Shown here: positions 36,588 through 50,663 of the stretch, one piece after another | Numbering within the stretch: position 1 is the first letter of the stretch | Layout: each line of letters opens with the position of its first letter | Notes under the pieces: model-generated | What the model was told of the DNA's origin: nothing | The model's database searches: none | The model's input: the letters and a program-made list of their open reading frames with translations, nothing else | Program-made: the position numbers and the translations under genes | Assembly: GCF_036588685.1 (NCBI RefSeq) | Contig: NC_086381.1 | Span: 39,990,001-40,054,000 of the forward strand | DNA from: Mytilus trossulus | Lineage: Eukaryota | Length of the DNA stretch: 64,000 bases | Reading direction: 5' to 3'

Positions 36588-39500
36588 TCACGAGGCTGCT
36601 TCTTTTAAATCAGGATTGTTTAAAAGACTAGTTTTTGCCAGCAAAGTTTCATTCAAGCGTGGCACGTTTTCAGAACTATTTCCATCTACATTCCAACACA
36701 GTATACCTGAAATGAAACGATAAGTATAATTATTATATATATATGATTTAAAACATATTTCGAATTATATTATATCACAAATGGAACGCGGTGCATAAAA
36801 GAAACCATATAATTCATTTAATGTTTTTTTTTAAATACAATTGTATTTAGCTGGGCCATTATTGAAGAAAATTATGTTTTAAAAGGCACCTTAAAATCGT
36901 AATTCATCTCTGTTATGTCTTTTAAGTTTTAAAAATACACTTTTAACAATACAGCAGAAGTCTTGGCGTTTTTGTAAATATCTATATTGTGACATATTGT
37001 TCAACACTTGTCTTTTTTTGTAACGCGGGGCACCATATGCAGTTTTCTCTTTTATTGTTGTACGTGTAATATATGTAATATACTATGCAGTTCTCTCTTA
37101 TTAAACGCGTGATATAATCTGCAGCTTTTCTCCTTTAAACGCGTGGCAATTTCTGCAGTTTTTCTCTTTTGAACAATCTCAAGCTTTTCTGTTTTGAACG
37201 CCTAGCACAATCTGCAGTTGTTTCCGTTTGAACGCGTAACACACACAACCTGCAGCCTTCCTTTTACTCTGGTATTTTTTGTCTGAAAAACTCTACACTA
37301 TAGCTTACCCGTCTTTCTCCGATTAAAAAGAAACACCAACGTCAGCAGAACGATGATTCCCGGTATTATAAGTAACATGAACAGCCATTCACTTGTTGCA
37401 TGGGGTGATTTTCCTGTTTCTAATATAAAAAAAATGACAAAATAATAAGTTTTTCTTTCATTTACAAATACGGTATAATTTTTTTTTCGTGTTAAGCAAA
37501 GAATAAACCGTTATAAACCGCAAAACGAACAATATGTCCAATGAAACAACAATTCATTAACATAGTAAATCCAATATGACTTCTAGAAACCAACTAACTG
37601 TATACATAAATATCTATACATAGATATTCAAATGGTTTGTGTGTGTATGTGAGTGTGTGTGAGGTAGCTGTGGTATTTGCGTGACATGACATTCAGAGCC
37701 AATCAAATGCAAGAAATTGGTCAGTAAATCTCTGTCGGTCTTCCATTCATAAAACTGTTGCTATAATAGGTTTATGAGTCCCTATTACGGTTTACACTTT
37801 TGTTTACTATGAAAATTACATAGGAAAATTGCATTAGGAAATAACAAAAATGCCTGACTAACTACCAGATTATTAAAAGCCTACCTTTACAATCAATGGG
37901 TATACCACGCGTATAATTAAATGCAGTTTTACCAATAAAACAGGTGATCAAGAGAACATTATCACAGTATTTGCTTAGAGCTTCATAGGAGAAACAAAAT
38001 GTCACTTTGTAGAATACCGACACTCTCTCATACGTGGCTTCATAACTTTCTTCTATCCTTGAATTCTATAAACCAAACAAAAGTTATGTATTTTTCTCTT
38101 TATATAGCAAAACTATGTGTCGAGCATTTTCATTTTACATTCGACTGACGCTGCGCATGTTATTTTCGTATGAAGTTTAATAGTTGTACATATGATGCGT
38201 TAAAATTTTTGAAAATTTTCTATACAAGATTTAAATTCTTTTGATGATTAACAATTATGCATTGCAAGTAGATCTGGCAAAATCGTAAATTTTTTAAACG
38301 AATTTTCTTATGGAGCAGGATCTACTTACCCTTCCGGGAGCTCCTACGATCACCCTAAGTTTTTTGTTTGGTTCGTGTTGATTAGTCTTTAGTTTTCTAT
38401 GTTGTGACTTTGTCTGTTTGTCGTTTTTTTTTTTTAGCCACGTCTTTTTTTCGAGTTTGATTGTCCCTCGGGTGCCTATTACCCCTCTTCGTTCTTCTAT
38501 AAACGAAAGAATCGAAATAATGCTTTTGGTTTCGTTTTTCATAAGTTGTTACATGTTTATAATATGATTTCCTGGTCAAAATGCATATTTTTCAATTTTT
38601 AAATGGTTCATTTCTCATAACAATGCTATCCGAGTTTTCGTTACAAATATATGTTTTACAGTATACATGTAATATTTTTTTTCGTTTCAATTTTCCACTG
38701 TTAATTCACCGTAGCAAACCATTCGCTGTATAAATTCTTTTGGATAATTTACTCACTCCAACAAAAATATGGCATGTAGGTTTTGGAAACGCTTTCCATA
38801 TCGCAACTTGTATCATTTCCTTCTTTTCAGATCTGTAAACAATGGATATATCTTCAGATCTTGGTGGATCTGAAAGAAAAAAAAATCAATATTATTCTAT
38901 TTGTCTTTTGTTTATTTATAAATTTTGATCTCTCTATGTCGAGTTTTGTCAATTGTATGCATGCTCATTAAAATTATCGCATATTACCTATTTTCATTTT
39001 AAACGATGAACAAGTATCAATAATGATGTATCATTTTTCTCTAACATCAAATAACATTAATGGGACTAACTTTTGATATTACTTTAAAATATTTATAATG
39101 TTGAATAAAAAAGTCTTTCATTTTCGTGATACACATCCTCTTAATAAAACAATGCAAACAATGCTTCTTTATCATCGAGAAGTTGTGGCTTAAGGTAGCA
39201 CAATACAAAGATTTTTTTACTTCCAATCACTAACATTTGAAATGCTGTAACTTTCTTATGAATGCATAGAAAATAATAAAAGAGGTACATATAGATAGAT
39301 AAAAGATTAATCTTTTAAATGAATGTAATATTTTTATTATGCAATCATTATATAATCAATTATTATGTAATTAGTGGCAAAATCTGGGTAAGGTCACTTG
39401 AATGAATTTAGCTCTTTCATCTCTTTAACTATACAGAAAATTTTAACGAAATCTTAAACAACACATCATGGGCTTCAAAAGGGTGTCTCAGATTGTCTCT

Positions 39501-41283
39501 ATGGTATTCTATTTGTAGTCTATTCTCTCATAAATCTCCAATTAGTGAAACATCCTAACCACATAAAAGAAGATAATGTTTAATTAGGTGTAAAATTTGT
39601 TCTATACATTCTATCTGAAATCTGAGACACCCTTTTGTAGATAATTGCCATAGGAACAACATATAATAAAATCAAGCCTCTAGGGATACCTATGCAGAAG
39701 CTAATTTCATTTGAAAGTGGAAATTTGGTGAAAAATATTTTAGACACCGTTAACATTATAATTGGTTACATAATTGTTGCATAATGCTAAAATTGCATTA
39801 ATTTGAAAGAGTAATCTGTTAGCTATCCAAAACTACCACTTTTATAAATTTTCAAGCATTATTAAGAAAGTTACAGCATTTTAAAACTTGGTAGTTGGAG
39901 TTATAAAATCTTTGTATTGTGCTACCTTAAGTATTCATTTGATCAAAGAGAGACGTGTACGACTGGATAAAAATACTCTAACAATACAGTTATCATATGT
40001 TTTTACTAATTTTCAGCAAATTGTAAGTATTATCAAACTTACACAAGAATGTGGTATTCATTTCTTTTAGGTCAGCCAAATAACTCTCAAAACCCATGTA
40101 ACATCTATAAGTGGTATTGACATCATCGCTGTCAAATGATTTGATTGTCAATGTATAATTTATTCCTGTGTTTGTATAAAATAGCTTTATTCCATATTTA
40201 GTCTCGTTAAAGGATATGTTTCCCCTGCCAATATAGTCTGCGGTTTTATTTAACCATGCCAAATACATGTCCCCTTTGAAGTATGGTCTATAGCATGACA
40301 TTAAAACATCTTGACCAAAATACACTGGTCTTGTTAATAACTGCCAAGTAACTACAAAGGAAAAAAACCCTGTCTAATACATATTTATTGTTTTGAAAAC
40401 AGACTTAGTAATATTTTCTCTGTATATTTAATCCAATATAGAGAATATTGCATCATGAAACTGCTCACAATCCATTACGTATAAATTCTTCAACATGCGC
40501 GGTTCGGTATGACATATGCAGTATTACATTTTTTCCTCATAATAAACAATATGTAGTTATACAATTGTTCCATTTATTATCATCCTCTCCTCCGTAGATG
40601 ATATAATCTATTTCAACAATTGGAATTCACGACGCTTAATTTCCTTCTTCTTACTCAGATTTTAGGGGAAAACTTTGAAGTTAAGGATAATACTAATTCA
40701 ATGTAGATCACAATGTATCATTATATTGATGAAAAAAACAATACTTGATTAATCGTTTACTGGTGATTTATGTTTATTTTTTTGTTTCCAAGACCCATTG
40801 AGTTACATAAATCACGTGACAATTGACGCAAATGACTTGATCATTTAAAAAAAGTAGGATAAGGGAGTACAAAGCATAACAGTTGCCGGTAGAAAACAGG
40901 TTGTATATACCAATGAGGACTTACTGTTTCCTAGCAACAGCTAGGATATAGATGAAAGTAAACAAAGATATTTTGTATGTGCTACTTGCATTGGTAAACT
41001 TAGACGAATAGTTGTGTATTTTTTAAATAAGTATTTTACGCAGATGCAAGATGTAAGCACGTTTGATTGAAAACATATATGCAAGCATCATTAACCATGC
41101 TAGTACTTTCAAGTCCTGACTAACCTAACTTATAGTTTTGTGTTCTTTGATGTGAAGAAAACGAAAACTTATTTTAATCTATTGTCATTATCATCGACAA
41201 TTGCTTTAAAAACGTAGCTTACTTCCAGTATCATGACATGTTCCTGATACAACATACAATACTAACGTAAGAATCCAGTTCAT
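36588..41283 (-). CDS. Multi-exon type I membrane protein with two Ig-like domains and short tail (~297 aa)
   Basis: Exons 41223-41283 (MNWILTLVLYVVSGTCHDTG), 40043-40351 (Ig: GQDVLMSC..W..YTLTIKSFDSDDVNTTYRC), 38757-38869 (AFPKPTC), 37885-38065, TM 37309-37419 (WLFMLLIIPGIIVLLTLVFLFNRRK), 36588-36706. All GT-AG and phase-consistent, 894 nt. Confidence 0.85.
37022..37262. repeat. Degenerate ~33-bp minisatellite (AACGCGTG..A.TCTGCAGTTTT)
   Basis: About seven diverged units in the last intron of the two-Ig gene. Confidence 0.6.
39194..39926. mobile_element. Non-autonomous DNA transposon with long TIRs and TTAA TSD (Kolobok-like)
   Basis: TTAA|GGTAGCACAATACAAAGATTTT ... AAAATCTTTGTATTGTGCTACC|TTAA. 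Purine termini favour Kolobok over piggyBac. Internal inverted repeats are also present. Confidence 0.8.
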
Positions 41284-44200
41284 TCCAAAATTCAAATCTG
41301 AAAAAGATTAAAACTTTTTTTCAAAACAACTTGCTCTTATTCTATTTTTCATTTTGTGTTCTAAATTTAATTTCTTCTTGCAAACTTTCATCCATAATTT
41401 TACATCGTACATGAATATTTAGAAAAGAAAACAAATGAAAATTATCTGTGAACAAATTAAAAAAATATAAAGTAGTGTATCAACATGTTTGTTAAGAAAA
41501 GATTTGTCTTGTAAAGATAAACCTTTTTTCCTGCCTGGTTTTTATTGTATCATTTTCTATGTTCCTACTGCCAATCAGTTCTCTGGTTGAGATTAAATGG
41601 ATTTTGATAAAGTAGTTTAACACGACCATATATTTATATGACTGTCAAAGTCAGGGACCTTGTCAGTGGTTGCCCTCAGTCTCATGTTATGTTTTTTTAA
41701 TGTTGCAAAAATGGATGGTGACGACATTTGAGTGTGTCACAATGTATTAGACTCAAGAGGGTTTTGCGATTGATAAATTTTGTAAGAAACTTTCTATTAC
41801 TAGTATTAAGAATGCAAGTTGCGCTCATTTTGATATTTGTGTCGTTGGATATTGTCTCTATGTATACTACATTTATCTTTTTTATTATTCATCTATTCTT
41901 GTTTTTGTTGATTTTTTTGCCATCTTAACATAATTTGATACTTACTTCACAGCTTAGTATGCTTCCCAAATTGAGTTATCTCGGTTTTAATGTTAAATGA
42001 CTTCTTCCTATAAATAATTGAAATTAGAGGCAACTTTTATTTTACTATCAAACATCTATATGGTTTTAAAAAAAATAGAGATATAGTATAATAAACATTA
42101 ACGACCAAAGATAAACCATATGTTTAAAAAATAAACAGAGAGAACTGATGGTTTTGATTATCATATTGATGTCCTCTTCAATACCTTATTTGTTTGCGCT
42201 TTTTGTCATAAAGGGATTTACTTGTAGGGAATAATTATGTCCACAATAATATTGCAGTTCAGATAGAAAATTACCTTTGAATAGTTTTATAATTCTTCTC
42301 TCTATTGTAGGTAGTCAATATGTTTCAGTTATGGTTCTTCCTTTAATGTTAATTCAGAACTCTAGGTAAAACTTTAAGTTTCTGAAATAAAGTAGTTTAT
42401 TGATTGTTTCTTGCCAAAAATCCAGTAAATAATACAACATAACTATCAGCTGTAAAGTTATGATCCCAACCTTTTTATCTGTCCAAAATGTCAAACCTTC
42501 CAAAAAAACTTTACCATGGTTAAGTCCGTACTGTTTTTGATAAAAACTGTTGAGGTCAAGGAATTTCTCAATATAGTTTATTTCAATTATTTAAAAGGAA
42601 AAGTCATTAACTATCTACCTATTAATTTTTTCCTAGCCAATAGGCAATAAACAGTTAGTCCCAGACTGCTCTGACATCGAACACGAAAATACATAAAATA
42701 GAACATCGGACGCCATCGTTATCTTGGACTAAAGCAAGTATAGTGTATGGGCTAAATGGTCGTTAAATAACAAATGAGATGCATCGGATAGAAATCGACT
42801 TTGAATGGATATATTAATTAGACTTTTGATTGGTTTTTGAACATTCAAATACGAAATAAAGAAGATTTTGGTCTATTTTTAATGTTCTTATATCATCTTA
42901 ATGTTAAATCAGGTACATATTTTTTGCATATTTAAACCCGAAAAAGGTTAACAGCTGTATTAATAATCATCTACACCAGGTCAATTTATATCTGACGCAG
43001 CTCAAATATTGACGAGTCTTAAATAAAAGCACATACTGCAGTCATGGTTAGGAATGAAAATTTTTGAAAATCAGTTCGTACAATGTTTAGATTATTAAAA
43101 TTGTTCGGAAGTCAATTAATGCACACTCCAACATACTCTGTTTGTTAGACCTCCTCGATGATTCATTTCCATTTGTTAACACCTGGAAATTGATCTACTG
43201 GTTTTATTGTGTATAATGTGTGTTTTTCATTGTTTTAAATTGCCAATGATTTAATACACTCTTGCTGCTTGGTGAGAGGGATTTATAAAAATACGGGGTG
43301 ACGTCCGTTGAAATGAGGGACTGATATTCAATGTCTCGGATATGATTACCACGCTCCGTTAAATTTCCGTTCCGACTAGTCTCCGTGTTATCCATAAACG
43401 GTCAGATACAATGCAACATGTCTTCCATGTCCAATTTACTCTCAACTTCCAGTGGCAGTAAACATCCGCCCCTTCACCCAGACCTACTTTGTTGTAGAAC
43501 TCATTTATTATCTATCGAGCATCAAATATTTGATACTGTACACTAAGCAAAAATTGATAAGTCATATGATCAATTTGTAAAAAAAATGAAAAATAATAGT
43601 ACCAAAACATTTGAATTCGTGTATTTGAATAGACGGTAAGAAGGACAATATTTGCCATGCAATAACGGTATTTTTTTAATATACTTGATACATACATTTG
43701 TAAAATGATAAGAATAAAACGTTACCTATTATTCCACGCATAAAGCTATCCATTGATCTTGTGGGACGCTTGGGGAAAATCCCTTATATCGCTGTAGTCT
43801 ATAAATGATAATCTATTTTTGTCCTGTTTATATTTCACGTCCTTGTTGTCATTTAATATTTAATCATGACTACTCTGAGCATGACTACCGTGTAAAGACA
43901 GTAAACGGAGATTCATAAACATGTTAACTACAAGTTTAATACAAATTACGCAAGGAATATCTATGATACAGTAAAACCATTAGTGGTGTATTGGTAAGTA
44001 TTAAATACTATTATTTATTAAACTGGTTCAATAAATATCATGTGTTTAAAACTTGGTTCGACCGCTTTCACATTGGAATTGCATGTACAGAAAAGAATGT
44101 ACATGAAGACAAAAATATATGCTCCATTGTGTTTAGGTGAATGAGTCGTCGACTGGTGAGTTTTGATACAAAGAAGCAAGGAAAAATATTATCTAATTGT

Positions 44201-45168
44201 CATTTGTATTGGTATGGTTTCGAAATGTTACAAGGTGTCATCCAATTGATTGCAAGTATATAATTCATAGAAAACTTTTGCAGAATATACACATATTTGT
44301 CGTTTAGGATACAATTTGGATAAAATCCGATTTGGTTGTCTCTGTACTAACGAACGCTTGTTATTTGCTTCATAAAGAACTATTGTGTTCTAACATAAAA
44401 CAGATCACATACACTTTGATCACCTGTATCACCTTCGACAAATTTCATGTTTTGACTGTGACAGTTATACCTGACCCTATATTGATAATTTTGACCAGTT
44501 ATCTTTTTAAAACAAGGAAAAATATTTCCGCATGCATTTATTGTAAAATATCCGCCGCTCGGAAAAAACACATAAAAACGGTAAACAGCTATCTTGGGCA
44601 TATACATAAGGTAATCACTGGAGTTTTCTTATCCAAGAATAAAACTCCTGCTAAACATGCATATGTGTGTCCGTTTTGGCATATACAAATAGGATAAACA
44701 ATATATTTATTTTCACAGTGGACATAATATGGATCTAATAGCTATGAAAAATATGATCTTTTGAAAGCAAGAATGAAATTGAATATAGGGTAAGTGCGCT
44801 TTTGGTTAAATGTATTTGTACACAAATTATAAATAGTATAGAATTTAGTGTAAACATTGTCAGTATAGCAACTGTGTCAGCTTTTAATTGTGGTGGGATG
44901 AGGAACAGAAGACTTATGGCAGATACAGATATATATATTATGCATCTGTTAGATCAGAGCAGCATCTCGTGTAGTTTTACCAGCGTCCTGAACAATTTGA
45001 TTAACATTGTTATGAAATATCACCACGTTTTTTGAGTGATGCCTATAATTTTTCAAATTTGCATTAGCAAATATTTTCTCTTCCCTCAGCGGGATTCGCG
45101 CCCTGTATTTATGTCATCATGACTGTCGGATTTATCTAGTACATGATGTATATTAATTGGTATCAAAT

Positions 45169-45333
45169 CAAATGCGGATTCAGGGGCTAGGGGAGCCCGC
45201 CCCCCTTTTTGTGGGAATATTTTGGTTGATAATATAAGGAATCACTGAAGCATGACTGGAGCGGGACCCCATTATGTCATTCAGAGCCCTCCCCCACCCC
45301 AACCCCTTATGAAAAGTTCTGGATCCGCCACTG
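45169..45333. mobile_element. MITE of the CAGTGGCGGATCC family
   Basis: Right TIR CTGGATCCGCCACTG, degenerate left TIR, and a 5-bp flanking repeat CAAAT. Confidence 0.65.
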
Positions 45334-47966
45334 CAAATACCATGCAGATCATCGTTTTGGTCAGTCTTAAAGGTTGATAAATGTTTACATCTATATAAAC
45401 TATATCATATTCGTCCAAATACTTGTACTTGACAATTTTACGATAGACATTCTTAATCGGATAATCTTGTATTGTTCAGCTCAAACTCAAATAATGTTAA
45501 AACTGTACGGACTACCAGAACCATTCGTCAAACACATAGAAGTATTTTATTTACCTTATTGTCTACCGCTACAATCATCCAAATGTTTTAAATTGGACTT
45601 ATTAGGGAAATTCCATTTTCTATATTTAGAATACAACAGAATTAAGATATGTTCTACACGATAAATGTTTTATTTTCTATAGTATAATGATAAAAAAAAA
45701 TATTACTAGAGTTATAGTTATCAAATGAAATTACAAATAAGAAATAATGAATGATATTATTATTAGTAGTAGTATTAGTATGATCATTACAATTCAATTA
45801 TGGTGTAATATATAGGGAGATACCCGCATAAGTTATAAAGGTATATATAAATATAAGTTTTCTGTTTGATTCCGAGTAAATTTGAATTCTAAAATGTAAT
45901 TCCAAAAAACAACTGGCATCTTTTATGATACATTACAATCAAAATAAACTCTGCAGTTCAGCTTTTTCAAGCCACTATATAAATTCTATGGAAACAACTT
46001 AATTGAAAATTTTATACATATTGGACACTTTAAACGGTACAGCACAAATACATAAAGCAAACTATAAAAAAATAGTCTTTAGATGATTACAACGATGCTG
46101 ATGAAAGATAGAAAAACAAATACGAGGAACAACAACAATTGCCATTCATCAGTATTATAATCTCTTTTGAAAATCTGATCTATGTCTGTAAAAAGTGCTC
46201 ACTCATTCGATCAGAAATATTATACCATATCGAATGAAATCAATCAGTCTATTCTAGGCAGACAGGGTTGTTTATGTTCACATGCATCTACTTTAATGGA
46301 CGTGTATTATCATCTTTGGCATTCCAATACTGCTCCACATATCGTTTGTTTCGTTGTTTTCAGATTTGTCCAGAGCATATATTATTACAATGACGTTGAT
46401 ATGTTTGTTTTCATTCATCTTCTATTGTTAACTCTTAAAGTTCTAATTGTATGGTGTTGTTTTTTTTTTTTAACTATTTCAGATTTTGTATTTATATAAT
46501 CTTCATTCTTTCGCAACCTTAAAAGTGTCTTTCTAAAATAGTTGTTGAATGAGTTCAAGTATTTTTCAGTCAGAGTCAGCCTTTTGATTTGACACTATCT
46601 GTTTTAATGATGGCAAAATTGAATACTGAAAGTTAGTGTTTGTAGTCGCACAGCAAGTTAGTAAGTAAGTTCTGCCAGTGAGTTTATGTTCTTTAGACAT
46701 GTGTTTCGACATGTTCGTTCGCAAGTTTCGGTAATAGAACCTACTCCATTGTTTTAACCCTTTTAGTCACTATTGCGTTGCAAAAATTGAAAGGAGAGAC
46801 AATTTGCAACTACAACAGTAAAGTTTGAAAAAATACATTATGAACTGTGTTACTACCTTAGATAGAACTGATGAGTAACCTATAGTTGGTATGTAACCTC
46901 AGGTGCTAGACACAGTGCTGAATTATTGTCTGTCCACTGTGTCACAATAGCATTGTGTTCATTGAGGGGAGAACAACTTATTACAAATACAAATTTGTAC
47001 ATTGCTTAATTTTAAAAGAGGAATATAAATATGTAATGTTTAACAACTCCGTCCTATATGTAATGGTAATATCTCAATTACGCAAATTAAGGTAGAAATA
47101 ACTAATGGATAAAGTTACGCATCAACTTTTCTCCACGTTGCGAGTATATTAATTAACTTTTACAATGGACATAAAATGGTCGTCATTCAATACATCTTTA
47201 AAAAATGACCAGTCAATAAACAAGTAAGCTAAATAGAATAAGGAATAAGTAAGTATTTACCTAAATGTCTGCTTTAAAGTTCGCTACAACGTAATGATGG
47301 ATTATCAAGGGGAATTCCGTTACGTAACGATTTCTTTATTTAAATTACTCTTCAATGTGAAGCCTAAATAGATACATTATACATGATATAGGTTTTATTT
47401 TCAAAAGTATAATGATAAAAGTATTACTAAATATGGAGGGATTAAAAAGAAATCAGGAAATAATAAATCATATTGTTATTATTAGTTTTATTATAATCAT
47501 TACAATTCAATCATAGCGTAATGTATAGAAGGGAGATAACCGTGAAAGATCTACAAGTATAAATAGATAACACCTAGTTTTCTTTTTGGTTCCAAGTAAC
47601 ACAAATTTTAAAATACAAGGCCGAAATAAACAAATGACATATCTTTTGATAATTTAAATCAAGATAAACTCTGCAGACATAGCTTCTCTAAGTGACTATA
47701 TAAAGTATATGCACGACAAACAACGTACCAGAAAATTGAATACATATTGTGCAGGCCTACAACGATACAACACAAGTATATCAATATCTAGAATTTAAAG
47801 CATTAAGATACAAAATACATGATATATGTTTTATTTTCAGAAGCGTAATATATAACAGATATATAAACATGTAACATCTAGTCTTCTGTTTCATTTATTA
47901 TACACATAAATCTTTAAAAATCTATGTCAAAAATCAATAATTGTCATATTTTAAAGAAAAAAACAA

Positions 47967-48282
47967 CTTTACGACAAAAGAGATGATTTTAGATTTTCAA
48001 TTGTCAACTTTCCTTTTCTTTATAGCAAGATTCCTGCAGCGCCTACGGAGTATATATCTCCCAATTGATACGATATTCCAGTTCTGGATTTTCCTATAAT
48101 GATTTTCTTGATAGATGGTTGCTGTTCAAAGGAAGCTATCAAACCAAGAGTTCCAGATGGTGAAGTCGAAATCATCCCTTTGTAAATTTTACGGACGCCA
48201 TGTCTTTTTTCAGCTGTGGCGTTGTCAGTTTATTTCGATTAATAAGTTTGAATATCCCTCTGGTATCTTTCGCACATTTTTT
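47967..48282 (+). mobile_element. Second Penelope-like RT C-terminal fragment
   Basis: LYDKRDDFRFSIVNFPFL...YGVYISQLIRYS...KFYGRH, frameshifted. Confidence 0.8.
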
Positions 48283-48774
48283 GAAGATACATTCTTATCA
48301 GAATACACTCCACATGTGTAGACTCTTACACAGAATAAATTAAATGATAAAAAACGGAGTTTTCTTGAAATGTTTTAAATGTCACAAACGCTAGGTATTT
48401 TCATGAAGTTGAATAATATGATTTATATGTTCATATAATAAGAAAGCGTACTCGTGAAATTGGATTTTTCTAGGTCTGTTTGATTTCATAAAATATCTGT
48501 TTTTTAAGTTTAACTTTGATTCATTGTTTTTCTTTTTAATAACTGAACACGGCTAAGTCAAGCGTAGTCCATCTTTGGCTCAGGGGTTCAATTGAAGGGC
48601 ACTACATCCAATGAGGTCAAATTCTTCGTTGGCTAGTTAATAATGCATCAAGTATGCTTCTTAGCTTTTTTTTGAAAAAAATAATCCAAACTGGCTTCTA
48701 AAAGCGAATAATTATTTCACTATAGTATATGCGTTTATATTTATATCTCGTAGCTTACACCCCTTTAAATGAAT

Positions 48775-50017
48775 AAACAATATCTTAAACAATTGTTTAA
48801 TTATGACCACCACAAACTGGATAAATCATTGTACATGAAAATTAACTATATTTGTTTCAAAATTTTGTAATCTCTATATACATACTATTTTGTAGTTATC
48901 AAAGGTACCATGCTTATACTTTGATACGCAAGATGCGCTTTCGTCTACATCTGTATATACACAAGATCCATCAGTGACGCAGATCAAAATACTTAGAAAG
49001 CCAAACAAGTACAAAGTTTTTGAGGACCCAAAATTCCAAAATGGTGTGCTTAATATAGCCAAGGTAAGCTATGCCTTTGATTAAAACTTCCTTCGTGTTT
49101 CGAATACTTCATACTTTAACAATGTAGACTTTGAAAATAAACATGAAAACATAATTCACATTCCTGCGATTTCGCAGATGAGTTTTAGTACGCTAATTTC
49201 TGCTGCAAGTGTATCTTTATGAAAACATGCGATATTATTATTAACAAATGGGCAATTGCCACATTTATTCACATTGACTTGATTCAAACGCTCAAATTTA
49301 ATTTGATATGTTATATATGCTATAATAGTAAACGGCAATGAATAACTAAAAAAGTTTCATAGACAAAAAAATGGGGAATGTGTTCATTAAACAATATCTT
49401 AAACAATTGTTAAATTGTGACCACCACAAACTGGATAAATCATTGTACATGAAAATTAACTACTAGTATATTTGTTTCAACATTTTGTAATCTCTATATT
49501 CATACTATTTTATAGTTATCAAAGGTACCATGCTTATACTTTGATACGCAAGATGCGAGTTTCGTCTTCATCTGTATATACACAAGATCCATCAGTGACG
49601 CAGATCAAAATACTTAGAAAGCCAAACAAGTACAAAGTTTATTGAGGACCCAAAATTCCAAAATGGTGTGCCTAATATAGCCAAGGTAAGCTATGCCTTT
49701 GATAAAAACTTCCTTCGTGTTTCGAATACTTCATACTTTAACAATGTAGACTTTGAAAATAAACATGAAAACATAATTCACATTCCTTTTATTTCGCAGA
49801 TGAGTTTAAGTACGCTAATTTCTGCTGCAAGTGTATCTTTAGGAAAACATGCGATATTACTATTAACAAATGGGCAGTTGCAACATTTGATCACATTGAC
49901 TTGATTCAACCTCTCAAATTTAATTTCATATGCTATATAAGTTATAATAGTAAATGGCAATGCATAACTACAAAAGCTTCATAGAAAAAAATAAATGGGG
50001 AACGTGTTCATTAAACA
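48775..50017. repeat. Tandem duplication (~620-bp unit x2) containing decayed hammerhead/retrozyme fragments (48926-48980, 49546-49601, minus)
   Basis: Visible duplication. GCGUCA-CUGAUGG...AGAC-GAAA-GCGCA-UC with core mutation and stem II insertion. Confidence 0.8.
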
Positions 50018-50325
50018 CAGATGAAGCCCCTGCTCGCATATCATATAAAGTTTTAATGGGACATAACTGATGAACGGTAAAAGTGACGCTACCACATGTA
50101 TACTTGATCTGGGTTTGGTGGTTATAAGTATTGTGTATATTAAGTTTCATAACATTTGGTTGAGGCAAATGTTAGTTAGAGAACAGAATGAAAAAAAATC
50201 TTTTATGAGTGGATTCAACAAACATAAATAAAATACCAAAACAATCAAGCAATGAATGAGATCGTTAGATTTGATATATGCCTTTTTGAGCGTCTTTGTT
50301 AGATAGTTTTTTTTTATTGTGATTT

Positions 50326-50663
50326 ATAGAATAACTAATGATCGAATAATTAAAAAAAAAAAATATTCAACGAGTGACCGAACAACACATTATTTATTAC
50401 CAGTGTTGTTCGGTCACGAGTTGAATTTTTTTCGATAATTTTATTAGAAACTGTTATTCCATTGTTTACATTGGCAAATGGCTTTTTTTTCTGAAATTAA
50501 AGTAAAAAATGTAAGGAACTATATATATTTTCAAGCATTCACAATTTGTTCTGATCCGACGCCATGACAACGCCTATTATTGTATGACGTTTACTTCAGA
50601 TATGAAATTATCGCTTTTTATTTCATGGGAAATCAACGTAAACCTTTGCAACCAATGTAATAA
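50326..50663. mobile_element. Hairpin-bearing non-autonomous element nested in another repeat
   Basis: Subterminal hairpin ATTCAACGAGTGACCGAACAACAC...GTGTTGTTCGGTCACGAGTTGAAT (50365-50425). Family not determined (possibly Helentron-associated). Confidence 0.5.
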
